Assembly (NCBI GenBank): GCA_044345405.1
Contig: JBIJBE010000005.1
Span: 1-64,000 of the forward strand
Reading direction: 5' to 3'
DNA length: 64,000 nt
Source of the DNA: Bdellovibrionota bacterium
Lineage (GTDB): Bacteria > Bdellovibrionota_C > UBA2361 > OMII01
Numbering within the stretch: the stretch's first letter is position 1; every line of letters begins with the position of its first letter. Of this stretch, positions 1-9,240 are shown in pieces. The notes beneath the pieces are model-generated. The model had not been told where the DNA came from, searched no databases, and saw only the letters and a program-made list of their open reading frames with translations. The position numbers and the translations under genes were made by a program.

Positions 1-1127
1 CCAACATCGTGGAGAAGCGCCGCGACCTCTAAGAGGGCACGTTCCTCTCCTCCCAGCTTATGAACGCTCTTGAGCTGGTCAAAGATCTGAAGGGAGAGCT
101 TCACCGCGTGATACGCGTGCGTTTCGTCGAATGAGTACCGACGTCCCAACTCAACAGCGTATGGCAAAACTTTCTCCAAGTTCCGCTGAAGCGAAGTGAT
201 CTCCTCAGATGAGCGATATTGCTCGTAAAGGTCAAAGAGCACTCCATCACGCAATCCTGTTCGAGGAATCGTAAGGGTCGAGACCTTACTTTCATTCATG
301 ACCCCAGCGACAAGCGCCATCGCTGGCATAATAACGTCCGCTCGGTCGGGCCGAAGCTTCAATTTGTCAATCCGCTCCGCGACCGTCATCCCTTGAAGAA
401 TCTTCATCAGTCGAAGCAGCTCGATTCGGTGAATACTTCGACTCCCCTTCTTCTTCAGTACAGTTTTTCGTAGGTCACCAAGGGTATCTATGTTTCCGCC
501 AGTTCCGATCAGGCGTGTGATCTTTCGCACCTTATTCGTTCGAGCGATCTGAGTCCGAATACGCTGCGCGTATTGCCGCAGCAAACGAGACATGACGACT
601 TCACTATTCTTATTCTCTCTGACCATCTCCAGGAGGCGCACGGTGCCCAAGTTCACACTCTCTGAGAAGATAATGGCGCCACGGTTTACCAGAGTGAGCT
701 CTACACTTCCCCCACCGATATCGAGCAGCAAACTCGTCCCAGCGCCAAGCGGTACCAACTTCGAAACGGCTCCGTAGATAAGACGAGCTTCCTCATCCCC
801 TGAAATAATTTCGATCTCAATGCCGGTCGCCCTCCGCACACGGTCCAAGAACATTTGAGAGTTCTGCGCGTCTCGCAACGCGCTCGTAGCCACAGCTCGA
901 CAAACGGTAACACTATGAGCCCGCAAGAGAGATTCGAACTCAAGGAACGCCGCGACCCCCTGCTCTACTGTGGCGGGCGATAGCTTGCCCGAGCGAAACA
1001 CGTCTCCACCGAGGCGCACGGGAGCGCGTTGGGTAGCCACTATGGTCAAGTTGCCTTTTTTATCGAAGGTCCCAATCGCCAAACGCATCGCGTTGGACCC
1101 AATATCTACAGCCGCAAAAGTTGTCAT
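1..1127 (-). CDS. ppx: Ppx/GppA exopolyphosphatase with HD domain (3' end runs off the window)
   Basis: Not in the ORF track because it has no stop in the window. Translated by hand from the ATG at 1127: MTTFAAVDIGSNAMRL, ATSALRDAQN, ISGDEEARL, DIGGGSVE, GTGGN, RPDRADVI, GLRDG, and AALLHDVG (HD motif) at the edge. Confidence 0.93.
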   Translation of the reverse strand, partial: MTTFAAVDIGSNAMRLAIGTFDKKGNLTIVATQRAPVRLGGDVFRSGKLSPATVEQGVAAFLEFESLLRAHSVTVCRAVATSALRDAQNSQMFLDRVRRATGIEIEIISGDEEARLIYGAVSKLVPLGAGTSLLLDIGGGSVELTLVNRGAIIFSESVNLGTVRLLEMVRENKNSEVVMSRLLRQYAQRIRTQIARTNKVRKITRLIGTGGNIDTLGDLRKTVLKKKGSRSIHRIELLRLMKILQGMTVAERIDKLKLRPDRADVIMPAMALVAGVMNESKVSTLTIPRTGLRDGVLFDLYEQYRSSEEITSLQRNLEKVLPYAVELGRRYSFDETHAYHAVKLSLQIFDQLKSVHKLGGEERALLEVAALLHDV

Positions 1128-1185
1128 AGAAAAACTTCCTGTGTGATTCCGAGTACTTTTACTCCGACCAGATCTGAGGGAAAAG

Positions 1186-2364
1186 ATGGTAAATAACGGC
1201 TACCAGGGGTGTCGTAGGGAACCGCCTCTCATGATACGGTTGTTTGCCATGCGAACCGCACCTCTTGAGACTACCGCGCCCGCACCCCCTCAATCACAGT
1301 TCATCGATCCCCGCTCACTCCCTCCGGCGTCGTTTTTTCGGGTGACTGCTGAAGCCGGAATTTCCGAGGAGTGCGCTCGACGGTGGGCCGGGTCCGTCAT
1401 CGGATACGGCCTCTCCGATCCGACCGAGATTATGGACGCGAGTCATATCGCGCGCTCCAACAGAGCGCTCGTCGCTCGGCCGCCATCCCTTACCCTCGCC
1501 AAACACGAGCGTTCAGCTGTCGATGGTTTCGAAAAACTCCTTTTTCAAACCAACGATGGGATGTTTATCGAAACGGTCCTCATCCCCCTCGAAAAGGAGG
1601 GTCGCGTGTCGGTATGCCTCTCCTCTCAGGTCGGCTGCGTCATGGGGTGTACCTTTTGCGCTACCGCGAAGATGACCACGCGACGAAACCTCGAAACGTG
1701 GGAGATCCTCGATCAATTCATTCAGGCGAGAGCTCTCGTTCAATCACAGGGACGGGCCGTGACGGGAGCGGTCTTCATGGGCATGGGTGAGCCGTTCCTT
1801 AACTTCACGAACGTCATCACCGCGGCGGATTGGATGAGATATCCGATTAAAGACTCAATCTCTGGAAAAGCTATCACCATCAGTACGGTCGGGCTCGTTC
1901 AGGAGATCGAGCGGTTCACCGATATGAACCTCCCCTTTCGCCTCTCAATAAGTCTAGGGGCCGCCACCGATGAGAAGCGTGCGGTCCTCGTCCCCGTCGC
2001 CGCTCGAACTCCGATCGCGCGGGTCATAGAGTCAGCCCGCCGCTACGCGCTTACCAAGAAGGAACGCGTGAACCTTTCGTACGTCTGCGTGAGTGGCGTC
2101 AATGTGAGTGAGCAGGACGCGATCGATCTCGCGGGCCTCATCGGGGACACCCCCGTCCGACTCGATCTGATCGACGTCACCGACACCTCTGGTAGGTACC
2201 AACCCCCTTCGGCTGAGGAGCTTAAAGGATTTCGAGACGCTCTCGCGCGCCATGTGCGCCAACCCATCGCGAGGCGCTATTCGGGTGGAAAGGATATTAG
2301 AGCGTCGTGCGGTTCCCTTGCGGGCGTTACCCACGAGAAACCAAGCAGCTCTCAAATAGCGTAA
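1186..2364 (+). CDS. RlmN/Cfr-family radical SAM RNA methyltransferase (divergent); true start may be 1231 or 1249
   Basis: IETVLIP, VCLSSQVGCVMGCTFCAT (CxxxCxxC), FMGMGEP, ISTVG, and C-terminal GKDIRASCGSL. Confidence 0.88.
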   Translation: MVNNGYQGCRREPPLMIRLFAMRTAPLETTAPAPPQSQFIDPRSLPPASFFRVTAEAGISEECARRWAGSVIGYGLSDPTEIMDASHIARSNRALVARPPSLTLAKHERSAVDGFEKLLFQTNDGMFIETVLIPLEKEGRVSVCLSSQVGCVMGCTFCATAKMTTRRNLETWEILDQFIQARALVQSQGRAVTGAVFMGMGEPFLNFTNVITAADWMRYPIKDSISGKAITISTVGLVQEIERFTDMNLPFRLSISLGAATDEKRAVLVPVAARTPIARVIESARRYALTKKERVNLSYVCVSGVNVSEQDAIDLAGLIGDTPVRLDLIDVTDTSGRYQPPSAEELKGFRDALARHVRQPIARRYSGGKDIRASCGSLAGVTHEKPSSSQIA

Positions 2365-2452
2365 TTTCAGGCATTTAAGAGTACGTCGCTCAGCCTTCCG
2401 AATCTCACACTATCTCCTGGCGCCACCCCACCGATCGGCGCATGATACCCCC

Positions 2453-2761
2453 ATGAGCACCTTCGATGTTCGACACGCGCAGGGCGATATCCTCGTGCAC
2501 CTCTCCGACGAGAGCTTCAGCGATGAACTGCGCCAACTCTTGGACGAAACGGTGCCGCAGTACCCGCATGGGGAGATATCCCAAGTACGGATCGATCATC
2601 TTCGAAGTCATTCGGCAAACTATCCAAGACTTCATATGCCGGACCACTACTTCGGTCCCATCTGCGTCGAGGTTCTCCAACCCGCGGCATCGATGTCTCC
2701 CGAGGCGTGGAACGTCGTCGTAGAGCTCACCGGTGCTCTCTCGATCCCTAAGCGCCGATAG
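2453..2761 (+). CDS. hypothetical protein (102 aa)
   Basis: ATG-started ORF filling the gap between the rlmN-like gene and sodA on the same strand; no motif recognised. Confidence 0.55.
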   Translation: MSTFDVRHAQGDILVHLSDESFSDELRQLLDETVPQYPHGEISQVRIDHLRSHSANYPRLHMPDHYFGPICVEVLQPAASMSPEAWNVVVELTGALSIPKRR

Positions 2762-2875
2762 CGCCGCCTGTGGCATAAACCCTTCCGTAAGGTCGCATGA
2801 TCTCGTTTATATTGCGCCGCCCCCCTAATAAGGCTATGAAAAGCCAGGAAATCACGTTCACAAACGGAGCATAGT

Positions 2876-3484
2876 ATGGCTTTTGAACTTAAACCCCTTC
2901 CCTACCCATCGGACGCGCTTGAGCCGCATATCGACGCTCGAACCATGGAGATCCACCACGGTAAACATCACGCGACGTACGTTACGAACCTCAACAACGC
3001 TCTCAAAGATCAACAAGAGCTCGCGAACCTCCCCCTGAACGATCTGGTCGCTCACCTTGAGAAGGTACCGGAGAACATTCGCACAGCCGTACGTAACAAC
3101 GGTGGCGGACACTGGAACCATGACCTCTTCTGGAAGCTCATGACACCAGGTGGTAACGACACTCCAACGGGAGATCTCGCGAAGGCGATCGACGCCGCTT
3201 TCGGCAGCTTCGATGAGTTCAAGATCAAATTTAAAACAGCTGGCCTCGGCCGCTTCGGATCGGGCTGGGCATGGCTCGTAGCTCAGAAGGATGGCTCGCT
3301 CATGATCACCTCAACCCCGAACCAAGATAATCCTCTCATGGAAGGCAAGCACGCCATCCTTGGATGTGACGTATGGGAGCATGCCTACTACCTTAACTAC
3401 CAAAACCGTCGCGCTGACTACCTCGACGCGTGGTGGAATGTGGTGAATTGGGATGTCGTCGCTGAGTTGTACAAAGCTCGATAA
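2876..3484 (+). CDS. sodA: Superoxide dismutase, Mn-type signature
   Basis: [52 protein letters not shown]; GGAG ribosome-binding site upstream. Confidence 0.96.
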   Translation: MAFELKPLPYPSDALEPHIDARTMEIHHGKHHATYVTNLNNALKDQQELANLPLNDLVAHLEKVPENIRTAVRNNGGGHWNHDLFWKLMTPGGNDTPTGDLAKAIDAAFGSFDEFKIKFKTAGLGRFGSGWAWLVAQKDGSLMITSTPNQDNPLMEGKHAILGCDVWEHAYYLNYQNRRADYLDAWWNVVNWDVVAELYKAR

Positions 3485-3505
3485 GCGAACGCTCATCTAA
3501 GAAAG

Positions 3506-3536
3506 AAAACAGGCGCCTTTGAGCGCCTGTTTTTTT
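3506..3536. terminator. bidirectional intrinsic terminator
   Basis: AAAACAGGCGC-ctttga-GCGCCTGTTTTTTT between the convergent sodA and DUF445 genes. Confidence 0.85.
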
Positions 3537-3538
3537 CG

Positions 3539-4870
3539 CTAGAGCAACCGCTCAATCGCGTACAATAACAACCCCACCAACCCACCAACGATAGTTCCGT
3601 TAATGCGGATGTATTGAAGGTCGTTCCCTACCTGCTCCTCAAGCTTCGACACGAGGGTCTTGGTGTCCCATCCCTCGATAGTGCGCGCGATAAGATCAGC
3701 GACGTGACTGCTCTGCTCACCGAACGCCGCCCGCAAAACGCCACGCATAAAGGTATCCATGCGATGCTGCAACGCGGGAGAGGCCTTCATTGTGCCCACA
3801 AAATTCGCGAGGATGCGATCGATCGTCGCGGCGATGAGCGATGAATCGCTCTGCGCGTCGCTCTTGACGCTCTGAAGAAAGGAATCACGGAGAGAGCTGA
3901 TGTACCCACGAAAAACATCACTCGCGAGCAACGTCTCCTTAAGCTTCTCACCCTTAAGTCTAAACTCCTCCGAGCTCTCGAGCTTCTCAATGAAGATCAG
4001 CACCGAACCGTGCAACCGTCGGCGAAGCTCGTGGTTCTTATCGGAGAGCGCCTTGGAAAAGGTGTCCTCGGTTTTATCAACGATCGCGCCGAATATGCGC
4101 TTATCGATAAAATCGGGAACGAACCACGGACTCGCCTCCCGCAACTCTCGGCGAAACCACTCTTTATTTGAGCGGAAGAACTCACGGGCGTGCCCCACCA
4201 TCTCGTCGAGCATGACCTCGTGCATCTCGTTGGCGGTGAGAGAGCGGAAGACCTTCGCGCCGGTCTTCGCGAAATCAACGCGACGAATGAATTCCTCAAC
4301 TTGATCGTCGATAAACGACTTAACCTCACGCTCCTCAAGACTGGAGATGATCTTCGGAAGGAGGGTCGCGATTCGGCTCGTAATCGTCCTTCGGTTTGTC
4401 GGGGTCTCAAGCCACCGAGCGATAGCCCCGGTGATATTGAGCGACTCACCTTCGAGCGCCTTCTCGGTCAGGAAGTTTCGCTGAACAAAGAGCCCTAAGC
4501 TTCTTCCGATGCGAATCTTGTTGCGGGGAATAATGGCCGTGTGGGGAATCGGTACACCAAGAGGATGGCGAAAGAGCGCCGTTACCGCGAACCAATCCGC
4601 GAGCGCGCCAACGAGGGCAGCCTCAGCGAAGGCCCGAACCGGCGCTAACGCCGGATAGGTATCCATAAAGAGCTGGCACGTTACAAAGAGCACCGCCATC
4701 GATAGGAGCAGCGTCGTCGCCACCCACCATACCCGTGAGTACCCGCCCGACCTGGACAGCTCCTGTGGAGGTACCGACTGGGGAAGGGAAACTATGGATT
4801 TATCAAACTCAGCAATATCCTCAGCGAGCACGACCGACCTCCTGTTGGGCTCTAACCCTGTACAGGACAC
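3539..4870 (-). CDS. DUF445 family membrane protein
   Basis: AEAALVGALADWFAVTALFRHPLGVPIPHTAIIP and C-terminal VGNDLQYIRINGTIVGGLVG; start uncertain. Confidence 0.9.
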   Translation of the reverse strand: MSCTGLEPNRRSVVLAEDIAEFDKSIVSLPQSVPPQELSRSGGYSRVWWVATTLLLSMAVLFVTCQLFMDTYPALAPVRAFAEAALVGALADWFAVTALFRHPLGVPIPHTAIIPRNKIRIGRSLGLFVQRNFLTEKALEGESLNITGAIARWLETPTNRRTITSRIATLLPKIISSLEEREVKSFIDDQVEEFIRRVDFAKTGAKVFRSLTANEMHEVMLDEMVGHAREFFRSNKEWFRRELREASPWFVPDFIDKRIFGAIVDKTEDTFSKALSDKNHELRRRLHGSVLIFIEKLESSEEFRLKGEKLKETLLASDVFRGYISSLRDSFLQSVKSDAQSDSSLIAATIDRILANFVGTMKASPALQHRMDTFMRGVLRAAFGEQSSHVADLIARTIEGWDTKTLVSKLEEQVGNDLQYIRINGTIVGGLVGLLLYAIERLL

Positions 4871-4937
4871 ATTGTAGTGGGATTATGAGAAAATACCACT
4901 ATCACTGCTATGCTCCCACCCGGCGTTCGTCACATTT

Positions 4938-5074
4938 GTAGGGACCGGCTCCTGATGACCCCCTCGCGTGGGCCGCTAAACCGAGGGGGCCTCGGATGCA
5001 CCATCGAACTTTTGACCGCAAAGGAAACAAAGACTGGAACGCCGCCATACGACCCGCCAGGAGTCGAGCCCTAC
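4938..5074. repeat. GTAG-initiated inverted REP-like doublet
   Basis: GTAGGGACCGGCTCCTG (4938-4954) and the inverted copy CAGGAGTCGAGCCCTAC (5058-5074; reverse complement GTAGGGCTCGACTCCTG), 14/17 identical, intergenic. Confidence 0.55.
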
Positions 5075-5099
5075 CGGCGCGGTGAGTAATGTCCCAGAC

Positions 5100-6923
5100 C
5101 TACTCCTCAGTAGCTGGCTTATTGTAGACCCGAGGGAAATAGTCCGAAAAGGCTGGTGCCAACACCATCGCCCCTCCCTTCGAGTACAGAACGGCGAACA
5201 GGTCTGGACGGGTCGTAACCTTCGACAGGAGCTCGCGGTGAGCGGCGCTCGGCTCCCCTTTCCCCTGAGCTCCCGGGACAATGAGCAGGGAAACCCCATG
5301 GGCCATCATCGCCTTAAAAACAGCATCAGGGTCCTTGAGGGCGCACGCGGCCTCATCTCCCGGCTGTTCTTTGAAAGTTGGAAGTCCTGCCCGGAGGGCC
5401 GCGCTTTCACCGATCGCTTCATCACACGCCTCTACGACCAGCGGAGCGCCTTTAATAGAGGAAGAGAGCCACTCGACAAGGGGGTCCTTACGCTCGGTCA
5501 TGTCCCCCTCGGCTTGAGCGATGTCGATCCCCGAATACCCGTTGTACAGAACATGGGCACCGCGGATCGCTGGAACGAGGCAGATCAAAGTCACTAACAA
5601 CGCGGAGAGCGGGCGGCGGATAACCGAACTAAACGCCGTGTAGAGAAGTCCCCCAACGGCTCCGCCCAACATAACGAAGCACACCTCGTACGCGAACGAG
5701 CCGGTCGCGCCAACGAGTTTCACGAGCCATCCCGCGAGAAGATGTCCACCATACCAAGTTCCTGCGTCGGGGAGCGGATTCCATCCACCCGTCGGAGGCA
5801 TCGTTTCATTACGGGCGAAGAACGAGAGCGCGAACTGCTGAAATTCACCCGCTCCCCAAAAGTAGGAGGGGAAGAGGGTCTTCGTTACTACAACCGCTAC
5901 CGCCCCGGTAAAGAGAGAGAGAAGCACGTTAGCTCCATGGGCCGAAAACGCCGCGATCAAACTCGTTCTGGTCTTGCGATTCGAAAAGAAGCGAACGCAC
6001 GCGCACGCCACGAGAACAGCCACGATAAAGAGCCCCGCAGAGGCGTTAAAGGGCAGGATATCCAAAGCGGCGCACATCGCGGTGAGCCCTCCTCCGAGGA
6101 CGATCCCTCCCAAAAAGCTCAGCCCGAGACCTCGGTCCGGCAGAAACGAGAGGAACGGCCCGATCAAAACCCAGAAGCTCGCACCCAAGAGGAGAAGAAA
6201 CGCGAAGGTCCGCGCGAGTCGCTTCGGATTAGGATTGTAGACCGTCGCGGTAGAGGCCCAGCCCCCCTCATCCATAAGGAGTATCTGATCCATCGTGGGG
6301 AGCGGTTGATAGGCCTCAGGGTTCAGAACCCGTTCCGTCATCTGCTCCTCGCTCAGACGCTGAGCATTTTTAAAGATAACAACCTTAGGATGGTCGTACA
6401 CGGAGAAGCTCTCATCCGCGAGGTCATCATTAAAACTCAACCCCAGAAAGCTAGGCCGATCCTTAAAGGTCTTCTCGAGCGTAAAGCCTAACTTCTCAGC
6501 CCATAGCAGCTGAATGAGGGCGGTTGTGTGCGGATACTCCTCCGGAATCCTCGGAATAGAATCGGAGATTCGAGCGGTCGGGAAGATAATATAATCAGCC
6601 TTCGCCATCCGACGGAGAACGAGGCTTACCTTCTCCTTTGTGTCTCGCTCGTAGAAAGGGAGCTCAGCGTCTCGCCCCTCCATAACGTAGGTGCGAGTGG
6701 CTTCCTTGCCGGGAATGGAAATTGGCAGCCGATCATCCCAGTGCGGACCAACCAACACGCTGCCCTGCGGAATGTTCTGGAAGATCCACTCGGAGGCCAC
6801 TCGATAGGGGTGCGGCTGGAGGTAGAGCTGAATCCACCCTAGGGCGTAAACGAGCGCATACCCAAACACAAACAACAGAACAAGGCGGGGAACCAAGCGG
6901 CTAAATCGAGCGACCAATTTCAT
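5100..6923 (-). CDS. Membrane protein; C-terminal half of the GT39/DUF2298 (YYY)-type glycosyltransferase architecture
   Basis: HPYRVASEWIFQNIPQGS, HWDDRLP, LGF, ADESFSVYDHPKVVIFK, LPDRG and a degenerate DUF2298-like segment; many transmembrane helices. Confidence 0.75.
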   Translation of the reverse strand: MKLVARFSRLVPRLVLLFVFGYALVYALGWIQLYLQPHPYRVASEWIFQNIPQGSVLVGPHWDDRLPISIPGKEATRTYVMEGRDAELPFYERDTKEKVSLVLRRMAKADYIIFPTARISDSIPRIPEEYPHTTALIQLLWAEKLGFTLEKTFKDRPSFLGLSFNDDLADESFSVYDHPKVVIFKNAQRLSEEQMTERVLNPEAYQPLPTMDQILLMDEGGWASTATVYNPNPKRLARTFAFLLLLGASFWVLIGPFLSFLPDRGLGLSFLGGIVLGGGLTAMCAALDILPFNASAGLFIVAVLVACACVRFFSNRKTRTSLIAAFSAHGANVLLSLFTGAVAVVVTKTLFPSYFWGAGEFQQFALSFFARNETMPPTGGWNPLPDAGTWYGGHLLAGWLVKLVGATGSFAYEVCFVMLGGAVGGLLYTAFSSVIRRPLSALLVTLICLVPAIRGAHVLYNGYSGIDIAQAEGDMTERKDPLVEWLSSSIKGAPLVVEACDEAIGESAALRAGLPTFKEQPGDEAACALKDPDAVFKAMMAHGVSLLIVPGAQGKGEPSAAHRELLSKVTTRPDLFAVLYSKGGAMVLAPAFSDYFPRVYNKPATEE

Positions 6924-7076
6924 AGGGCCCTATTGTCAGATGATTCATTGAGTTTGGCGAGGGTCGATTTCGATGGCGAAGAGCAGCCCTTGGGACGCCG
7001 TTTTTTACGTACTCCACGTACCCGGGGGCGCGTGCCCCGCCACTCATGGGCAGAAGCCCGGCACCTTCGTTCGTGA

Positions 7077-7112
7077 ACGTTCACGTTTACGTTTACGCGC
7101 ACGTTCACGTGC
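7077..7112. repeat. degenerate ACGTTC hexamer tandem (6 units), copy 1
   Basis: ACGTTC ACGTTT ACGTTT ACGCGC ACGTTC ACGTGC, overlapping the palindrome GTGAACGTTCAC (7073-7084). Confidence 0.8.
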
Positions 7113-7336
7113 GAACCACCGCTTTCATGTCCCTTGAATGCTTATTGGGTCTATTCCGAGGGGTAACGGGAACTTGTTGAGCGGTCTCCTGTGAACGTAC
7201 CCCTTCCGGAATGTTAAGGTCGGGGACGGGTAGGCGCTCGAGCACTGACACATGCAGGACAGAGCCCTTTTTTAAAACAGTGGTGCCTCTCAAATCCCCC
7301 TATACACCCAGGCAACCAAGAGGTTACTTTCTAACG

Positions 7337-8866
7337 ATGACCTCACAACCTAAATCCTCCTCCACGGCGTGGCTCATCTCTAAACGCTGGGATCTCACCA
7401 TCCTCCTCGTGATCACCCTTGCGGGCGCCCTCCTTCGAGCGCCCGGCATCCCACACGGGATCGGATTCCATCCGGATGAACGACACATGGTGATGGTGAC
7501 CGAATCCCTCACCCGGCAGAACATGAATCCAAAGTCTTTCGCCTACGGAAGCTTCTCGTTCTACATGGCGTGGGCCTTCGCGGCGGTAGTAAAGCCCTTC
7601 TGGGCCTTCGCGGGAACCTACGACGGACTCTTCTACTCAGGCCGGACCTTCTGCACCCTCATGGGAACGGTGGCGATCGCCCTCACCTACCACCTCGCCG
7701 TACTCCTCTATCGACGATCGGCGGTCGGACTCTTAGCGGCGTTCCTGATGGCGTGCAACGTCTTCCACCTCCAACTTTCCCGGTACTTCACCTCTGACAT
7801 CCCCCTCACAACCCTCTGTCTGATCTGCATGATAGCGCTCGTGAAGGCTCATCAGAAGGGCACGCTCTGGTCATTCCTCGTGTTCGGCGCCTGCACAGGA
7901 CTCGCTACCGCGACCAAGATCAGCTCTGTATTCCTCGCCTCACCACTCTTTGTGGTACTCGGCCTCGCGTTGATTAAGGAGTGGCCAAGGGTCGACTCTA
8001 CCAAGCGATTCTTGAAGGTCTTGGCGATCATCGTGGGAGGGTTCACCCTCTGCGGCGTCGCCCTCTTCCTGACCTACTGGAAGGGATACCCCCGAATCCT
8101 CGGCTACCGGGTCGCCCAGCAGGCGTTCCTGGTTCCTCTCTCCGTTCCGTTTCTTGCGGGTATCAGCCTCCTCCTCCGAAAGCACTCGAAGGCCCTCTCG
8201 AAGCTCTTCGCCTGCTTCTCGGTAGGCGTGCTTGTGTTCACCCTGGCGGAGCCGTATGCAATCCTCGACTTCGACACCTTCCTACGCCACACACGCGAGC
8301 AAACCTCGATGGTGCGGGGGATGTGGCGGCCTCCCTATACCATCCAGTACGAGAGAACGGTTCCGTATTTCTACCACCTCAAGCAGATGCTCTGGTACAC
8401 GATGGGGTGGCCCGTCTTCACGGTTGTCGCTGTGGGGTTCTTAGCCGCCTCGCTCCGAGTCCTTATCGATCTCCTCGACAAGGTGTTCCGTCGAGAACTC
8501 GGCTCGAAATCCCTGACGGCCGAGATGATCCCGCTGGTATTCGTAGGGGTTTTCTTCCTCGCGACCGGTTATTTCCAAGTTAAATTTCCACGCTACCTTC
8601 TTCCCCTCTATCCGATGCTCTTCATTTTCGCCGCCTCAATCTTCGGGGCGATGTTCCGAGCTCCCTCGGCGAGATTTGAGACAGCGACGGGCGACTCCAG
8701 CCTGGTTGAGTCAGAAAGGCTGGTGCGTAGTAAGCCGCTACTGGCCCCTGTGGATGTATCGGGAACCGCCGCCTACGGCGACCCCACGCCGGTGGAGAGG
8801 AAGCCTGAAGAGCCTGTCGTAGCCGCACAGAACAGCCCGGAGAGCGACTCATCGTCCGAGCAGTAA
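7337..8866 (+). CDS. GT39/PMT_2-like (GT-C) membrane glycosyltransferase, N-terminal half
   Basis: FHPDERHMVMV, NPKSFAYGS, GLATATKIS, EPYA, PPYTIQY, KFPRYLLPLYP. The ORF track opens at 7211; the ATG at 7337 is preferred. Confidence 0.85.
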   Translation: MTSQPKSSSTAWLISKRWDLTILLVITLAGALLRAPGIPHGIGFHPDERHMVMVTESLTRQNMNPKSFAYGSFSFYMAWAFAAVVKPFWAFAGTYDGLFYSGRTFCTLMGTVAIALTYHLAVLLYRRSAVGLLAAFLMACNVFHLQLSRYFTSDIPLTTLCLICMIALVKAHQKGTLWSFLVFGACTGLATATKISSVFLASPLFVVLGLALIKEWPRVDSTKRFLKVLAIIVGGFTLCGVALFLTYWKGYPRILGYRVAQQAFLVPLSVPFLAGISLLLRKHSKALSKLFACFSVGVLVFTLAEPYAILDFDTFLRHTREQTSMVRGMWRPPYTIQYERTVPYFYHLKQMLWYTMGWPVFTVVAVGFLAASLRVLIDLLDKVFRRELGSKSLTAEMIPLVFVGVFFLATGYFQVKFPRYLLPLYPMLFIFAASIFGAMFRAPSARFETATGDSSLVESERLVRSKPLLAPVDVSGTAAYGDPTPVERKPEEPVVAAQNSPESDSSSEQ

Positions 8867-8899
8867 GGTTCGGCAGGAATCCGAAGTACATTCCCCTTC

Positions 8900-8930
8900 A
8901 GCCCTCTCCTCCGTGAGAAGGCTTTTTTTT
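8900..8930 (+). terminator. intrinsic terminator
   Basis: AGCCCTCTC-ctccgt-GAGAAGGCT followed by a T8 run, downstream of the GT39 gene. Confidence 0.7.
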
Positions 8931-9240
8931 GCCCCCCTTCTCTCTAGAGGTCTTGCAATCTGGAGCCTATGGTGATTCATTCTCCCTCGAAGGGGCGACC
9001 CTGCTCGCTGGGGAAGCTCCCACACTCTCGCAAGGAACATAGAGAAGTTGAACTATCACAGGCGTGAACCTCTTTCCTGCCCCCTCTCTACCGGTCACTT
9101 TGGGCCAACACCTTCCGAACCAACCCGGAACCTGAAAAATGGTGGCCTACGCGAGCTTAAGCCCCAAACCTGCTGTATCATACTGACCAGTCGCCGTAGC
9201 GCAAACAGCTCTCGGCGCATATCCCTAAGGAGTAGTAGAC

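Noticed and set aside
5742-6491. 249-aa plus-strand ORF
   Set aside because: Antisense shadow of the membrane gene 5100-6923; Arg-rich with no motifs.
7981-8583. 200-aa alternate-frame ORF
   Set aside because: Nested in the GT39 gene; Pro/Arg-rich composition typical of off-frame GC-rich sequence.
6924-9010. Site-specific invertible segment explaining the split glycosyltransferase
   Set aside because: Only short (9 bp or less) matches between the candidate breakpoints and no active recombinase in the window; a fixed ancient inversion is more parsimonious.
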